Origin: an uncultured delta proteobacterium
Lineage (GTDB): Bacteria; Desulfobacterota; Binatia; UBA9968
Assembly: GCA_963771465.1 (NCBI GenBank)
Contig: CAVYTU010000009.1
Coordinates: 237,743-301,742 of the forward strand
Direction of reading: 5' to 3'
DNA length: 64,000 bases
Each line of letters begins with the position of its first letter. The first letter of the stretch is position 1. Of the stretch, positions 10,907-25,320 are shown in pieces. Both the position numbers and the translations under genes were made by a program. The notes under the pieces are model-generated. The model was not told the origin of the DNA and made no database searches. It saw nothing but the letters and a program-made list of their open reading frames with translations.

Positions 10907-11654
10907 TTAACCGACGAAATGAAACCCGCCGTCGACGTTCAATAGTTGCCCCGTCATAAAATCGCTTTCGCTCGACGACAGAAAGAGTACCGTACCGACC
11001 AGATCATCTTCTACTTGTGAGCGCTTGATGCTGCGTTGTTGGGCGCGAACTTTTTCGTACTCGGGGTCGACTTGGCGGCCTTCGGTAACGACGAAGCCGG
11101 GGCTCACCGTGTTGACGCAGATATTCCAATCGCCCAGTTCCCGAGCCATGGCGCGCGTCATTGCGATCAACGCGCCTTTCGATGTGACGTAGTGAATATA
11201 GTTCGGGTTGCCGGTGAGCGCGACGTTGGATGAGATGTTGATGATCTTGCCGCTATTTTGCTTTTGCATGTGCGGCGCGACGGCTTTGGCGCAGAGCCAG
11301 GAGCCGCGCACGTTGACCGCCATCGCCTTGTCGAATTCCTCGACGGTCATTTCCCAGAACGGCCCCTTCCACACCGACATAAAATACGCCGCGTTGTTGA
11401 TGAGAATATCGACGGTGCCGAACTGTTTTACCGTTTCGCTCACCATCGCCTTGACACTCTCTTCATTCGACACGTCACAGGCCATGCTGATCGCCGTGCC
11501 GCCCATGTCTTGAATCGCGCTTGACGACATGATCGGCGCTGGCGATATCCGGCAGTGCGACTTTCGCACCCTCTTTGGCGAACCCCATCGCGTACGCCTT
11601 GCCGATCTTACCGCCGCCTCCCGTGATGATGACCGACTTGCCCGCGAAGCGCAT
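10907..11654 (-). CDS. Short-chain dehydrogenase/reductase, frameshifted near 11520
   Basis: N-terminus MRFAGKSVIITGGGGKIG is in another frame; NNAA, YVTSK and VDGG motifs follow. Confidence 0.85.
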
Positions 11655-11821
11655 AAAGTTCTCCTTTACTTTAGTTCAAGCGTCACTTAACACCCGCTCC
11701 TAGGGGTGTCAACGAAATCACCCGATTGATTGACACTACAACCACCGACCTTTTATGATCACGATTGGCGACGACGCTTTACCGAGCGCGTTTGCGGCAA
11801 GAAATAAACGGAGAACATTCC

Positions 11822-12781
11822 ATGGCCAAACTGAAACTCACCATCGCTTTCGACAAATACGACTATCTTCAACCATTACGTGACGGCCAGATCGAAGTCG
11901 AAGGCATCGATCTTAACTTCATCACGGTTGAAAGCGGCATTCGCCATGAGCGTATGTTTCACTACGGCGAATACGACGCCTGCGAGTTCTCCATGTCGTC
12001 TTATCTGGTCGCTCGCGGCCAAGACATCGACTGGCTGCAAGCGATCCCTTTTTTTCCGCGCCGCATGTGGGGCCACAAGTTTTGCTTCATCCAGGCAAAC
12101 TCCGGTGTGAAAAAACCTGCCGAGTTGAAAGGTGGACGGATCGGTCTGCGCAGTTATGAGAATACGCTGGCGCTGGTCACCAAAGGCATGTTGATGAACA
12201 GCTACGATCTCGGCGTCGGCGACGTCACCTGGGTGATCGTCAACAAGGAACATGTCGGCTTCAAATTGCCGCCGCATATCAAAGTCGAGTTCGTCGAAGG
12301 CAAGCGCAAGCTCGAAGAGCTGTTGGTCGAAGGTAAAGTCGACGCCGAAGTCGAGCCCGACTTGCCGCAGCGCTGGATTCGCGGCGACGGCACGCTCGAA
12401 CGATTGTTTCCGGCATTCGAGAACGAAGAGCGCGCATACTACAAGAAGACGGGAATCTTTCCGATCATGCACCCGGTGGTCATCAAGAAAGAGATTCTCG
12501 ACCGCGATCCCTGGGTGGCGACCAGTTTATACGAAGCCCTGCTGGCGTCGCGCAATGCTTACAACGAGTTTATGGAGCAACCGCATCGTTTGAGCTTTGC
12601 CTGGGGTCGTTCGTATTTGGAGGAGGAAAGAAAGTTTTTCGGCAAGGATCCGTTTTATCAAGGCTTGAAAGAAAACTATAACGATGTGGAGAACTTGATC
12701 AAATTTGCCGGCCAGCAAGGCATGCTCGGGCGAAATTTAGGGGTCGAAGAATTATTTACGGAAAATACGAGGAACACCTAG
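11822..12781 (+). CDS. 4,5-dihydroxyphthalate decarboxylase-like / PhnD-SsuA fold protein
   Basis: YDYLQPLRDG, YDACEFSMSSY, TGIFPIMH. Confidence 0.8.
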   Translation: MAKLKLTIAFDKYDYLQPLRDGQIEVEGIDLNFITVESGIRHERMFHYGEYDACEFSMSSYLVARGQDIDWLQAIPFFPRRMWGHKFCFIQANSGVKKPAELKGGRIGLRSYENTLALVTKGMLMNSYDLGVGDVTWVIVNKEHVGFKLPPHIKVEFVEGKRKLEELLVEGKVDAEVEPDLPQRWIRGDGTLERLFPAFENEERAYYKKTGIFPIMHPVVIKKEILDRDPWVATSLYEALLASRNAYNEFMEQPHRLSFAWGRSYLEEERKFFGKDPFYQGLKENYNDVENLIKFAGQQGMLGRNLGVEELFTENTRNT

Positions 12782-12805
12782 CCGCCGATGACATCGGATT
12801 CAGTC

Positions 12806-12880
12806 TGTCATTTCGAGCGCTGCGAGAAATCTTGCGTTACAGAGGAAAGATTTCTCGTCGCGTCGCTCCTCGAAATGATA
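12806..12880. repeat. REP-like doublet (TGTCATTTCGAGCG...GAGAAATCT family)
   Basis: Inverted pair tgtcatttcgagcgctgcgagaaatct / agatttctcgtcgcgtcgctcctcgaaatgata. Confidence 0.7.
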
Positions 12881-12935
12881 CCCGTGCGTTTTAATATTCG
12901 TTTGAATTGAACGATAAAGACCGGAGGGAAAGATT

Positions 12936-14030
12936 ATGGCTGACTACCGAATCATCGACGCCGACGGGCATGTGATGGAGCTGGACTCAGAGCTGCGTGA
13001 GTTTATTGGCGCGCCGTATAATGACTTGGAGTGGCACCAAAGCTATTCATTTTGGCCGGGCCTGACGATGGACGGTTTTCTTCGTTCGCTGCGTAAGAAA
13101 GGCGGCTGGGCTGGCGGCGGCACCGGGCCGAATGCCCAAGATTGGCTACGTTTTCTCGACATCAACAAGATCGAGCTGACCGTGCTGTACCCGACTCAGG
13201 GCCTGACCCACGGCGCGATTCAAGACCACGACTGGGCGATCTGCATGGCCAAAGCTTACAACGACTGGCTCTACAACAAGTTCATGGCGGTGAGCCGGCG
13301 TTTGGTCGGCGTTGCGCTACTGCCGATCCAAGACATCGGCGAAGCGGTCAAGGAACTGCGCCGCGCGGTGACCGAGTTGGGCATGGTCGGCGCCGTGCTT
13401 CCCGCGGTTGCACCGGCGGGACGGCTCTACAGCGGACCAGAGTTTTATCCGCTATGGGAAGAAGCACAGCGGCTCGACGTACCGGTTTCGACTCACGGCG
13501 GTTTAAGCATGCCGTCGCTCGGCCTCGATATGGTGAACAATTTCACCATCGGCCACACGCTTGAACATCCCTTCGCGCAAATTCGCCAGTTCACGGCGTT
13601 GATGTTCGAAGGGGTTTTTGAATTGTTCCCCAATTTCAAATTCGGCTGCATCGAGTGCGGCGTCGGCTGGGTGCCTTACATGATGGACCGCATGGACGAA
13701 GAACAAGAGCGCAAAGGCCATTATTCGCCGCGCTGCAAATTGAAACCCAGCGAGTACGTCAAGAAAGGCAACATCTATTTCGCGGTCGAAGTCGAAGAGT
13801 CGGCGCTGCCGCTCGCCGCTCAAGTAGGGAATGACAATTCGCTCATCTGGGCCTCCGACTACCCGCACGAACGCGACCAACGCGACTTCAGCCACGACAT
13901 TCCGAACTTGATCAATCGCAAAGATATCAGCGATGAATTAAAGCGTAAGATCTTCTGGGACAACCCACTGCGTTTCTATCCGCGACTGAAAGCGCGAGTA
14001 GAGAAGGACGAAACTAAAGCTGTCGCTTAG
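12936..14030 (+). CDS. Amidohydrolase_2 family protein
   Basis: IIDADGHV, IECGVGW, WASDYPH. Confidence 0.9.
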   Translation: MADYRIIDADGHVMELDSELREFIGAPYNDLEWHQSYSFWPGLTMDGFLRSLRKKGGWAGGGTGPNAQDWLRFLDINKIELTVLYPTQGLTHGAIQDHDWAICMAKAYNDWLYNKFMAVSRRLVGVALLPIQDIGEAVKELRRAVTELGMVGAVLPAVAPAGRLYSGPEFYPLWEEAQRLDVPVSTHGGLSMPSLGLDMVNNFTIGHTLEHPFAQIRQFTALMFEGVFELFPNFKFGCIECGVGWVPYMMDRMDEEQERKGHYSPRCKLKPSEYVKKGNIYFAVEVEESALPLAAQVGNDNSLIWASDYPHERDQRDFSHDIPNLINRKDISDELKRKIFWDNPLRFYPRLKARVEKDETKAVA

Positions 14031-14128
14031 TCAAAAACTTCGAATACTGCACCACAGAGGCACAGAGTTCGCGGAAAGGATTATCTATTTCTTCTCTGCA
14101 TCCTCTGTGTCTCTGCCGTGTAGTTCTT

Positions 14129-17344
<3,216 letters not shown>

Positions 17345-17388
17345 AAATAGAGCAGATCTCAGATAGAGAGTGAGATAAGAAGAGACGA

Positions 17389-17988
17389 TTACTTAGGCAA
17401 CAAAGGATGTAACTGCCGATCGTGTAGTTTTGCCAAAAGCGCCAGCGCCAGCAGCGCACCTAGCAGCGCCAGCGCCATATCCGATTGGGTATCCCACATA
17501 TAGCCTTGGGTGCCGAGAAAACTTTCGGCGGAGTCACCGGTCGCCACGGCGACGGCCCATTCGAATAGTTCGTACAACGCGCTAAAGGCGAGACAAATCG
17601 AAACGACAAACAGATTCAACCAGCTCCGGCCGTTGACCACTTGATGGCGAACCAAGATCTCACGGGCGATGATCGCCGGAACAAACCCCTGGGTGAAGTG
17701 GCCGAGCTTGTCGTAGTTGTTTCGTTGCCAGCCGAAGAAACTGCGGACGAATTTAAACGTATCGACCTCGGCGTAGGTATAATGCGCGCCGAGAAAAAGA
17801 ATCAGGCAATGACCAAGTATCAAGGTATAAGCGAGCGGCGTTAGCGGGAAGCGCTTGTAAGTTGCGGCGAGAATGACGAGAGCGATCAGCGCCGGCACCG
17901 CTTCGAGAAACCAAGTAAAGTAATCCCGTGGATTGACAGCCGACCAAACAAGAGCGCTGAAATAAACGGTCAGCCAAAGAAACTTCAT
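17389..17988 (-). CDS. DUF2238 (YjdF-like) membrane protein
   Basis: [38 protein letters not shown]. Confidence 0.88.
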   Translation of the reverse strand: MKFLWLTVYFSALVWSAVNPRDYFTWFLEAVPALIALVILAATYKRFPLTPLAYTLILGHCLILFLGAHYTYAEVDTFKFVRSFFGWQRNNYDKLGHFTQGFVPAIIAREILVRHQVVNGRSWLNLFVVSICLAFSALYELFEWAVAVATGDSAESFLGTQGYMWDTQSDMALALLGALLALALLAKLHDRQLHPLLPK

Positions 17989-18000
17989 TTCACCCGGCCG

Positions 18001-18594
18001 TTAACCATGTTCTTTGACAATCGCTTGCCGGCGGAAACAGTTCACCGCATGATCGTTGACCATGCCGGTTGCTTGCATATGCGCGTAAATAATCGTCGAG
18101 CCGACGAACTTAAAGCCGCGCTGCTTTAAGTCCTTGCTCAAAGCATCGGACTCACGGCTGGTCGCCGGATAATTTTTCAGCGATTTGAGACGATTGACGA
18201 TCGGTTTGCCGTCGACGAAACGCCAAATGTATTTGTCGAAGCTGCCGAACTCTGCCTGCACCTGTAAAAACTTCCCGGCGTTGATTACCGCGGCGTTGAT
18301 TTTCAAGCGATTGCGAATGATGCCCGGATTGCTGAGCAACGCTTCGATCTGTTTCTTGCCGTAGCGCGCAACTTTCTCCGGATCGAAATCGGCGAAGGCT
18401 TGGCGATACGACTGGCGTTTACGCAGCACGGTGTACCAGCTCAGTCCCGCTTGCGCCGCCTCCAGGGTCAAAAATTCAAAGATCGTCCGGTCGTCGTGCA
18501 CCGGCACGCCCCACTCTTTATCGTGATACTCGACGTAATCCGGCTTGGTCAGATCGACCCAGGGACAACGGTTTTTGTCGTTAAATCTTTTCAT
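18001..18594 (-). CDS. tag: DNA-3-methyladenine glycosylase I
   Basis: RCPW, YHDKEWGVP, QAGLSW, GIIRNRLKI, GFKFVG, GMVNDH..C. Confidence 0.95.
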   Translation of the reverse strand: MKRFNDKNRCPWVDLTKPDYVEYHDKEWGVPVHDDRTIFEFLTLEAAQAGLSWYTVLRKRQSYRQAFADFDPEKVARYGKKQIEALLSNPGIIRNRLKINAAVINAGKFLQVQAEFGSFDKYIWRFVDGKPIVNRLKSLKNYPATSRESDALSKDLKQRGFKFVGSTIIYAHMQATGMVNDHAVNCFRRQAIVKEHG

Positions 18595-18649
18595 GATCAA
18601 TCGAGCTTTCGTCGTCTGCATACAGCCGTCTACCCAATGCCAAAGGATG

Positions 18650-19003
18650 TCACCAAGAGCGCAAGCCGTAGACGACCGTCAGCATTCCCAGCACCGCTCC
18701 AAGAATGCCACCGCCGAATGCTACCAGTGCTTGTACGCTCTGTCCCCATCGAAACAAATGGCTGACGTGCAAGAGCAATGTAGTTAACAACAAGGTTAAA
18801 CCGCCGAAGCCGCAGAAGAACAGCACGAGCCGCACCGTATTAGGAACTGCGTAAATAGCGGCAGCCACAAACGCAAGGGAAAGTAGTAGAGATAAAGCGG
18901 CGATGAAACCGAGCCAAAGTCTGCGCGGGCCGCCAAGCGTCAACAACCTGACTGCCAGTGGCGCGTAAATAAAAATTACTAGGATAACGATTAGAAATAA
19001 CAT
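18650..19003 (-). CDS. Small hypothetical membrane protein
   Basis: Four hydrophobic segments; tightly packed with neighbours. Confidence 0.6.
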   Translation of the reverse strand: MLFLIVILVIFIYAPLAVRLLTLGGPRRLWLGFIAALSLLLSLAFVAAAIYAVPNTVRLVLFFCGFGGLTLLLTTLLLHVSHLFRWGQSVQALVAFGGGILGAVLGMLTVVYGLRSW

Positions 19004-19012
19004 CGCCGTATA

Positions 19013-19522
19013 CTAGATCTTCTTTGGAAACCGTCGGTATAGCCGCACGATCCACCAAATCAGTGCCAAGGCAAAACCAAAAAGAACGGCCGAAAAGGTC
19101 GGCCCTGGCAGCGTCGGCGGCCGCATGTGATTGGCTTTCAGAATAACATAGTGCATGCCGAGCATCATCATGACGATCAAGCAACCAAGGCGCTTGCCAT
19201 GGGCGTTCAAGTAGCTCAACGACTCGTCGCGCCGCTCCGCTGAGAGCCAGTAGTCGCGGTTGGGCACGTTGGTCCATTGGGGAAACTTACGCGGCAAGGT
19301 GCCGATGACGAAACTGACAAAGGCCGAGATGCCGATCATGAAGCTGAGGATAAAAAACAAGTAACCGTCGCGGCTCATCCAACCGTTGGCTTGGTTATCG
19401 GCGCCGAAGTGGGTCGCGAGCGTGTCGGGTAGATAGCGTGTGGTGTAAATCACAAACACGGCGGCAAAAACCGTTAGACATAGCAACGTAACTAGCGCGC
19501 CCGCCGAGTTGTCTCTTTGCAC
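19013..19522 (-). CDS. DUF1648 membrane protein
   Basis: LPDTLATHFG..ANGWMS and NVPNRDYWL; probable GTG start at 19522. Confidence 0.8.
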   Translation of the reverse strand: MQRDNSAGALVTLLCLTVFAAVFVIYTTRYLPDTLATHFGADNQANGWMSRDGYLFFILSFMIGISAFVSFVIGTLPRKFPQWTNVPNRDYWLSAERRDESLSYLNAHGKRLGCLIVMMMLGMHYVILKANHMRPPTLPGPTFSAVLFGFALALIWWIVRLYRRFPKKI

Positions 19523-19524
19523 GG

Positions 19525-20079
19525 CTAATCTCCCTGTTGATACCAAGCGTAGCGTGTGCCGTTCCAGTAAATCAAAGCGCTGGCGGACTCGGTCTTGATC
19601 ACCATCAGCGCATCGCCGCGCAGTTTCGGCGGCGCTTTGCCGTTCGCGCCTTTGCCGACCGGTCCGCGGTGAAAAACCTGCCATGCGTCCAGCCCCGGAA
19701 AGTCGTCGCTGCCATTACCCCAATCCTGTCCCGCGCCGACGATGATCAGGCGATTCGATTTGCCATGATAGATTGCGATGCCATTCTTGCCGCTGAATCG
19801 TTCTTTAATCAGCAGAGCCGTATCCCAACGGCCGTCGCCGTTGAAATCGCCGTGCAGATAAAATGGATTGATATGCGCGGATAATTGGTAGCGCTTAGCC
19901 TGCGGACTTTTTTCAAAAGCATCGCGCACCTCGGGCGGCAAGCTCGACAGCGTAACGAAATCTAGCTCGGCGGTGAAAACCGCGGTGACGGCCGTTACGG
20001 CGATGACTCCTAGAATCACGCCGACGCCGATAAACAGTGCCAGCAGCTTGATACGACAGCGAGAGGCCTGGACAAACAC
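19525..20079 (-). CDS. Hypothetical exported protein with FG-GAP-like GDFNGDG motif
   Basis: N-terminal hydrophobic segment, NPFYLHGDFNGDG, C-terminal YAWYQQGD. Confidence 0.65.
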   Translation of the reverse strand: MFVQASRCRIKLLALFIGVGVILGVIAVTAVTAVFTAELDFVTLSSLPPEVRDAFEKSPQAKRYQLSAHINPFYLHGDFNGDGRWDTALLIKERFSGKNGIAIYHGKSNRLIIVGAGQDWGNGSDDFPGLDAWQVFHRGPVGKGANGKAPPKLRGDALMVIKTESASALIYWNGTRYAWYQQGD

Positions 20080-20145
20080 GGATGGAGGTGTGAGGAGTCA
20101 TCGCCGGCGAGGTTGTCCAGACCGGCGATGACCTTTTGCAATAAA

Positions 20146-20616
20146 CTAGCGGTCTAGACTTCGACTCAACGCGTCCAATCCTTCCGCGATCGAATTGTTG
20201 GACTGATCAGTTACCTGCCCTTGCGGCGTCAACTGATCGATCAATTCGGGAAGAACTTGCGACATCGCCGAGCCAGCTTGATCTTCGGACATGCCGAGTT
20301 TGGAAGCGATATCGCTGAGAGCGCCGGAACCGAATGCTTCTTGGAGCTGATCCGATGAGATGTTCATGTTTTGTCCCGTACTCACCCACGAGTCGGCCTG
20401 CGCGCCCATACCGGCTTGGCGGAACTTGCCGAGCACGCCTTCCAGCCCGCCGTTTTGCTGCAGCATCGAAAGTCCGAGCTGAAGCAGAATATTGCCCGCT
20501 CCGCCGCGACTCTCACCCGAGAGCCCGCTAAGAATCGCCCCCAAGGGATCTTGCGTCTGTGGCTGAGCCCGATTGCCGCCAAGTACGTTACCCAATATGC
20601 CGTCTAATAATCCCAT
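20146..20616 (-). CDS. YidB family (DUF937) protein
   Basis: MGLLDGILG, GGLEGVL, SWVSTGQN, LPELIDQLTPQG; GGAG RBS. Confidence 0.88.
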   Translation of the reverse strand: MGLLDGILGNVLGGNRAQPQTQDPLGAILSGLSGESRGGAGNILLQLGLSMLQQNGGLEGVLGKFRQAGMGAQADSWVSTGQNMNISSDQLQEAFGSGALSDIASKLGMSEDQAGSAMSQVLPELIDQLTPQGQVTDQSNNSIAEGLDALSRSLDR

Positions 20617-20778
20617 AAAAATCTCCTTATTCCGTCTACTAAAAACACTCAGGCACACGGATACTATCCCAGGTCGAGGCGCAGCCGCAACATAATAACC
20701 GTAAATCGTTAGCATCGCTTGCGAGTTTATCCTCCTTAGTTTTTCGCTTCGCCATATTCAAACCGGCATTGAATCGGG

Positions 20779-21219
20779 TTAGCGTTTGAACGCTAATACC
20801 ACGACACCGGTTCCGACTAGAAATATGCCGAGCCAATCTTTCAGCGCCGGCCGTTCGCCGAGAAAAATGACCGCAAATATTGCAACCAACACCACGCTCA
20901 ACTTATCCACGGGTGCGACCTTCGCCGCCTCGCCCATCTGCAAGGCGCGAAAATAGCAAACCCACGACGCGCCGGTAGCCAAGCCGGACAAGGTGATAAA
21001 ACTCCAGTTCTTCGAACTGAGCGACGAAAGAGCGCGCCACTTGCCGGTGTAGTGGACGAACCATGCGATGGCGCACAGAATCACAACCGTACGAATCAGC
21101 GTGGCAAAGTCGGAATCGACGCCTTCGAGCCCTATCTTGGCGAAGATCGCCGTCAACGACGCGAACACCGCCGATAGCAGCGCCCAGTAAAACCATAGCT
21201 GCGTGGATGCAACTGTCAT
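20779..21219 (-). CDS. EamA family transporter (single domain)
   Basis: WALLSAVFA, TAIFAKIG, VAPVDKLSV. Confidence 0.9.
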   Translation of the reverse strand: MTVASTQLWFYWALLSAVFASLTAIFAKIGLEGVDSDFATLIRTVVILCAIAWFVHYTGKWRALSSLSSKNWSFITLSGLATGASWVCYFRALQMGEAAKVAPVDKLSVVLVAIFAVIFLGERPALKDWLGIFLVGTGVVVLAFKR

Positions 21220-21605
21220 TTTATCGATCCTTCCCGTTTCCGCCGCGCTTTTCGCTCTAGCCCTTCCAGATGCACGCGCCGAGACTCATCACTCTGTGCT
21301 CGCTTTGTGCGCCGGCATAACCGGCAGCGAACCGCCGTGGTGTAAACAAACCCCTTCGCCACTTCGTACCACCACTTCTGTTGCGTGCCGGTCCAGACTT
21401 CTTCTTTACCGCAATCGACACAGCGAAACGGCCTATCGACATAGTAACCGCGATAAACAAAGTCGGGCGCGCCGTAACTGTTGTTCGGCGCCAACAGGGC
21501 TTCGTTCACCGCCGGACCGAACACCGGACGAAGTTGCCGCTCCTGCTGATTATTGTGCAACTGGATCTTGGCCACTTTGTGCTTTCGTTTGGTCTTGAAT
21601 CTCAA
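21216..21605 (-). CDS. Zinc-ribbon domain protein
   Basis: YYVDRPFRCVDCGKEEVWT..QQKWWYE...RCRLCR. Confidence 0.75.
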   Translation of the reverse strand: MRFKTKRKHKVAKIQLHNNQQERQLRPVFGPAVNEALLAPNNSYGAPDFVYRGYYVDRPFRCVDCGKEEVWTGTQQKWWYEVAKGFVYTTAVRCRLCRRTKRAQSDESRRVHLEGLERKARRKREGSIK

Positions 21606-21671
21606 CGCGTCTTTGTTTACCGCTTTTCATCGAAACACCAGTCGAACATTCAATTTTGAGACCCGCCGAGC

Positions 21672-22688
21672 CTACTCCGCTATACAACGAGGGCAATCGA
21701 TCGAGACCGTCTTAGATTCACTACCGCGGCGATAGGAGTATTCTGTCTTTCCCGGTCCGATCCTAAAAATAGCCTGGCGAAGATCGTTTTCGCTGGCGAC
21801 TTTTTTGCCGGCGATCGTCAGATTACATCACCGACATGAACTCCCGCCTTCGCCACCGGCCGCCCGCTTTCGACTTCCATGACGACGGCTCCGGACGGCA
21901 TCGAACCTAAGGTCGCTGCACTCTGTTCAGGACTAATATAAGCCACACGCACACCCAGATCCGGGACATGGAAACCTTTTGCGAGGGTTGTCGCAGGCAT
22001 GGCGCCGCTAAACGCGCCGGCCATATCTTTGATAGCCTTTTCGAGATCTGAATTGCCCGGCGAAGCTGGGGCGGCCTCTTTCGCGGTATTGGTCACTTCA
22101 AGTGGTGGACTATCGGGTCGATCATCGTGAACCGATCCGTTCTTGAAAAAATATGCCGCCGACGCCGAGTCCGATCACGACCATAGCCGCGCCAGCCAGA
22201 GTTGCTGGGGAACGCAACCTGTTGATAATATTTTTGCGTGGCGGCGTGGACTGATAATCGGCCGAGGGTCGCAAGGTTTCAGTGGCCGGCGCCATGGGGT
22301 TGCCGATGAGTTCAGCCACTCGCGCTGACAGCCGCTGGAATTCTGGATGGGTTAAGTCTCCTTGCCAGTCAGACAGATCGGCGCCATTGAGCGAGCGGAA
22401 CTGCAGCGGCGCGTCGACGTGCTCGAGAAATACCGGCAGCAAAATCCCCCGTCGCTTGCCCTCGGCGGTTTCATTGCGCACCCATTCTTTAGCCACCGCA
22501 ACGGCTGACCAGAGAACGATCACGCACTTGGCGGCGGCGATCTGTTGTTCGATGACTTCATCGAAGGACTTGCCAAGCGGGATTTGCCGGTCCCACCACA
22601 CCGACCAGCCGCGCGCGCTGAGCGCGTCGGCGACCGATCGGGCGCGGTCACGATCCTCAGATGCGTAGCTGATAAATACGTCCGCCAT
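21672..22688 (-). CDS. TIR domain - TM - PDZ-like protein, split by two frameshifts
   Basis: MADVFISYASED...WWDRQI...WVRNE TIR, then TM. ORF 21818..22096 (GAVVMEVESGRPVAKAGVHVGDVI) and a third frame (TIAGKKVASENDLRQAI...CPRCIAE stop) continue a PDZ-like domain. Confidence 0.7.
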
Positions 22689-22792
22689 CGGCTATTCCAC
22701 ACGGCTAACAATAGATAACTGATTTTACTACATTCGACCGGATCGCATGAAGGGTAAGACCTACTTTATATCCGTTCGGTCAACGGCTGAGA

Positions 22793-23182
22793 TCAACCCG
22801 AGCAAGCTTCCCGTAGCCACAACTCGACGATCAAAACCGCATTGGCAGGTATCAAGTCACCCAATCCTTTATCGCGGTAAGCGAGATGTGGGCTAATGCG
22901 AATTTTCCGATAGCCGCCGGGCTTCATGCCATAGAGAGAATATTCCACACCGGCCATGGTTTGCCGGCTACCCAAAATCGTTCTGTGGTCGATGAAACAA
23001 TAGCCATCGACGACTCGGATCATTTCTACTGGTAAGTTTTTCGCTTGCTGTTCGTTGAGCGTAATCTCCTCGCCCTGGTTGCGATAAAGCCGCCAATTAT
23101 AAACGACGGTGTCGCCTTTCCTGGCTGGCTCTCCTTCGCCTTCGATCTCTGCCAAAAGCTTGATGCCGGATTTGATTCTCAT
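22793..23182 (-). CDS. FKBP-type peptidyl-prolyl isomerase
   Basis: EGEGEPARKGDTV, GMKPGGYR...PHLAY, IPANAVL. Confidence 0.85.
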   Translation of the reverse strand: MRIKSGIKLLAEIEGEGEPARKGDTVVYNWRLYRNQGEEITLNEQQAKNLPVEMIRVVDGYCFIDHRTILGSRQTMAGVEYSLYGMKPGGYRKIRISPHLAYRDKGLGDLIPANAVLIVELWLREACSG

Positions 23183-23206
23183 CCTAAACTTTGAGCGGCT
23201 GGTTTT

Positions 23207-23680
23207 TCACGACGGCGGCTGCTGCTTCATGAAAGCCTCGGCGCGCCGGTTGATCTCTTCCGGCGACACATCTTCGATGTGGGTTGCCACCGTCCAAACA
23301 TGGCCGAAGGGATCTTCCAACGTGCCGGAGCGATCGCCATAGAACTGGTCCTGCAACGGGCGCACGACTTTGGCTCCCGCATCGACGGCTTGCTTAAAGC
23401 GCTCGTCAACATTCTCCAGGTAGAGAAGAATACTTACCGGCGAGCCGCCGAGCGCTGAAGGACTGCGAAATCCCATATTGGGCATCTCGTCGGCGAGCAT
23501 GATTACCGAATTACCGATTCTAATTTCCGCGTGGCCGACCTCGCCCGTCGGCGCAACCAAACGCATCAACTCGACGGCGCCGAAAGCGCGCCGGTAGAAA
23601 TCCAGAGCAGCGCCGGCGTTTTTAATAATCAAATACGGCGTCGCGGTGTGATAGCCATCAGGAATCGGTTTTACTGCCAT
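23207..23680 (-). CDS. VOC/PhnB-like protein
   Basis: PIPDGYHTATPYL, HAEIRIG, QFYGDRSG..DPFGHVW. Confidence 0.92.
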   Translation of the reverse strand: MAVKPIPDGYHTATPYLIIKNAGAALDFYRRAFGAVELMRLVAPTGEVGHAEIRIGNSVIMLADEMPNMGFRSPSALGGSPVSILLYLENVDERFKQAVDAGAKVVRPLQDQFYGDRSGTLEDPFGHVWTVATHIEDVSPEEINRRAEAFMKQQPPS

Positions 23681-23694
23681 GAAAAAGACCTCCT

Positions 23695-24201
23695 TTAACC
23701 GAACAACTTTAGCGCACTCTCATCTTCCCACTCGACAATATCGCCAGTGCGAATCACGCCATCGGCAAGCACCCGCGCGTAGGCGCCACCGCGCCAGTTG
23801 GCATACATCGCCGCTTGCAAGCCGGGCATCACTTCATCCATACGCTCGCACGGCTTGGTCTCGCCGCCAATGAGCAACCGCGCGGTGCCGCTGCGAAGAA
23901 TCTTACCGCGGGTATTGGCGAGGACGATTCCACTCACCAATAAATTCGCCCGCCGCGCGCTCGGCGCAACGGAGGCGCCGAATTGCTTCATCAGCTCATC
24001 CCACACTTCTTTTTCCAGCAAAGTCACTTGCCGCGAACCGCCGCGGTCGGCGCTGCCAAGCAAACCTTGATTGGTAACCAATTGCACCGATGAGACCGCA
24101 TCCATCGGCCCGCGATGAGCGCGCTTGAGCCAGATCGATGCCACATGACCGACGAAAGCCGCTTGAAGTTTTGCCTTAGGTAATCTCAAGGTATCCTTCA
24201 T
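23695..24201 (-). CDS. MOSC domain protein
   Basis: [23 protein letters not shown]. Confidence 0.85.
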   Translation of the reverse strand: MKDTLRLPKAKLQAAFVGHVASIWLKRAHRGPMDAVSSVQLVTNQGLLGSADRGGSRQVTLLEKEVWDELMKQFGASVAPSARRANLLVSGIVLANTRGKILRSGTARLLIGGETKPCERMDEVMPGLQAAMYANWRGGAYARVLADGVIRTGDIVEWEDESALKLFG

Positions 24202-24210
24202 GACCGCTTA

Positions 24211-25299
24211 TTAGCGAAAGCGCTGCATAAAGCCTTCTTTTTCGATCTCGTCGAGTAGGCTCATATCGACGAACTCCGCGGGATTGCGCTGCGGCGCGGC
24301 CATTTCCCGCAGGATATTTTTTAATCCTTCGAGATTGGTGCGCGGCACGGCGTCGGTGCGGCGGGCGAAAAACTCGTAGGTCGCTTCGATCGCTTCCAGA
24401 TCGTCGACGCGGAGAAACTTCTTGAGAATCTTGATGCTGCCGTCGTGGTTGGTGCGCATGTAGTGGATCGCTTCGATCTGCGATCGGAGCAGGTTTTTCG
24501 CCAGCGGCCGCTGCTTTTCGATAAAGGAGCGGGTCAGCATCAGTGACGTATTCGGATAAGCGCTGAAGTCGCCGATATCGGCCAACACGTTCATGCCGCG
24601 CTTGCGCGCGATATGAATCTCCGGGTAGGAAAGGATCGTCGCATCGATCTGTCCCAAGGTCAGCGCCAACAGCCGCGCATTGGTAGCGCCCGACTGTAGA
24701 ACCGTCACCTGGCGCGGATCGATTTTCCAGGCGCGCAACGCCCATTGGATACCGGTGTCATTGGAGCCGCCAAAGCGCAGAATGCCGATCTTCTTGCCGA
24801 TCAATTGCTGCGGCGTTTTGATTTCCGGCCGCGCGACGATCTCAGCCGACATGCGATTTTCCGAAGTGGCGACGAGCGCGATGGGCGCGCCGCGCAACGC
24901 CGCGCCGACGGCCGCTGACGCGGAGTTCTGACTCATCTGGATGCTATTGGCGAGCAACGCCTGCATGCCGAGCGCGCCGCCGCTGATCAATAGCGGCTCG
25001 ATGTCGACACCGTATTTTTTGCCGATCTCGGCTTCCTTGTTCACCCAGAGCGGCATCTGATATCCGGCGATACCGCCGTAACCGACGTAGATCTTGGTTA
25101 GATCGGCTGCTGAAGCGTGACCACTCGCGAAACTAACTAACAAACTGACAGCCAAGGAAAGACACAGTATCGCTCCTGTGCAAAATCTTTCCTGACGACT
25201 CTTTTTCACACAAGGAAACGGTTTTTCGCCCTGCAATTTCCCCCTTTGAAAAAGGGGGACCAAGGGGGATTTTCCTACGCGAGCAAAACCAAATTTCAC
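24211..25299 (-). CDS. ABC transporter substrate-binding protein (NMT1/SsuA-like)
   Basis: KKYGVDIE and GKKIGILRFGGSND; GAGG RBS before GTG. Confidence 0.85.
   Translation of the reverse strand: MKFGFARVGKSPLVPLFQRGKLQGEKPFPCVKKSRQERFCTGAILCLSLAVSLLVSFASGHASAADLTKIYVGYGGIAGYQMPLWVNKEAEIGKKYGVDIEPLLISGGALGMQALLANSIQMSQNSASAAVGAALRGAPIALVATSENRMSAEIVARPEIKTPQQLIGKKIGILRFGGSNDTGIQWALRAWKIDPRQVTVLQSGATNARLLALTLGQIDATILSYPEIHIARKRGMNVLADIGDFSAYPNTSLMLTRSFIEKQRPLAKNLLRSQIEAIHYMRTNHDGSIKILKKFLRVDDLEAIEATYEFFARRTDAVPRTNLEGLKNILREMAAPQRNPAEFVDMSLLDEIEKEGFMQRFR
25236..25273. repeat. Small palindromic repeat (CCCCCTTT...AAAGGGGG..AGGGGGATTT)
   Basis: tttccccctttgaaaaagggggaccaagggggatttt, inside the 5' part of the binding-protein ORF. 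Confidence 0.6.
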
Positions 25300-25320
25300 G
25301 CTAACCTCGAGTAAGACTAT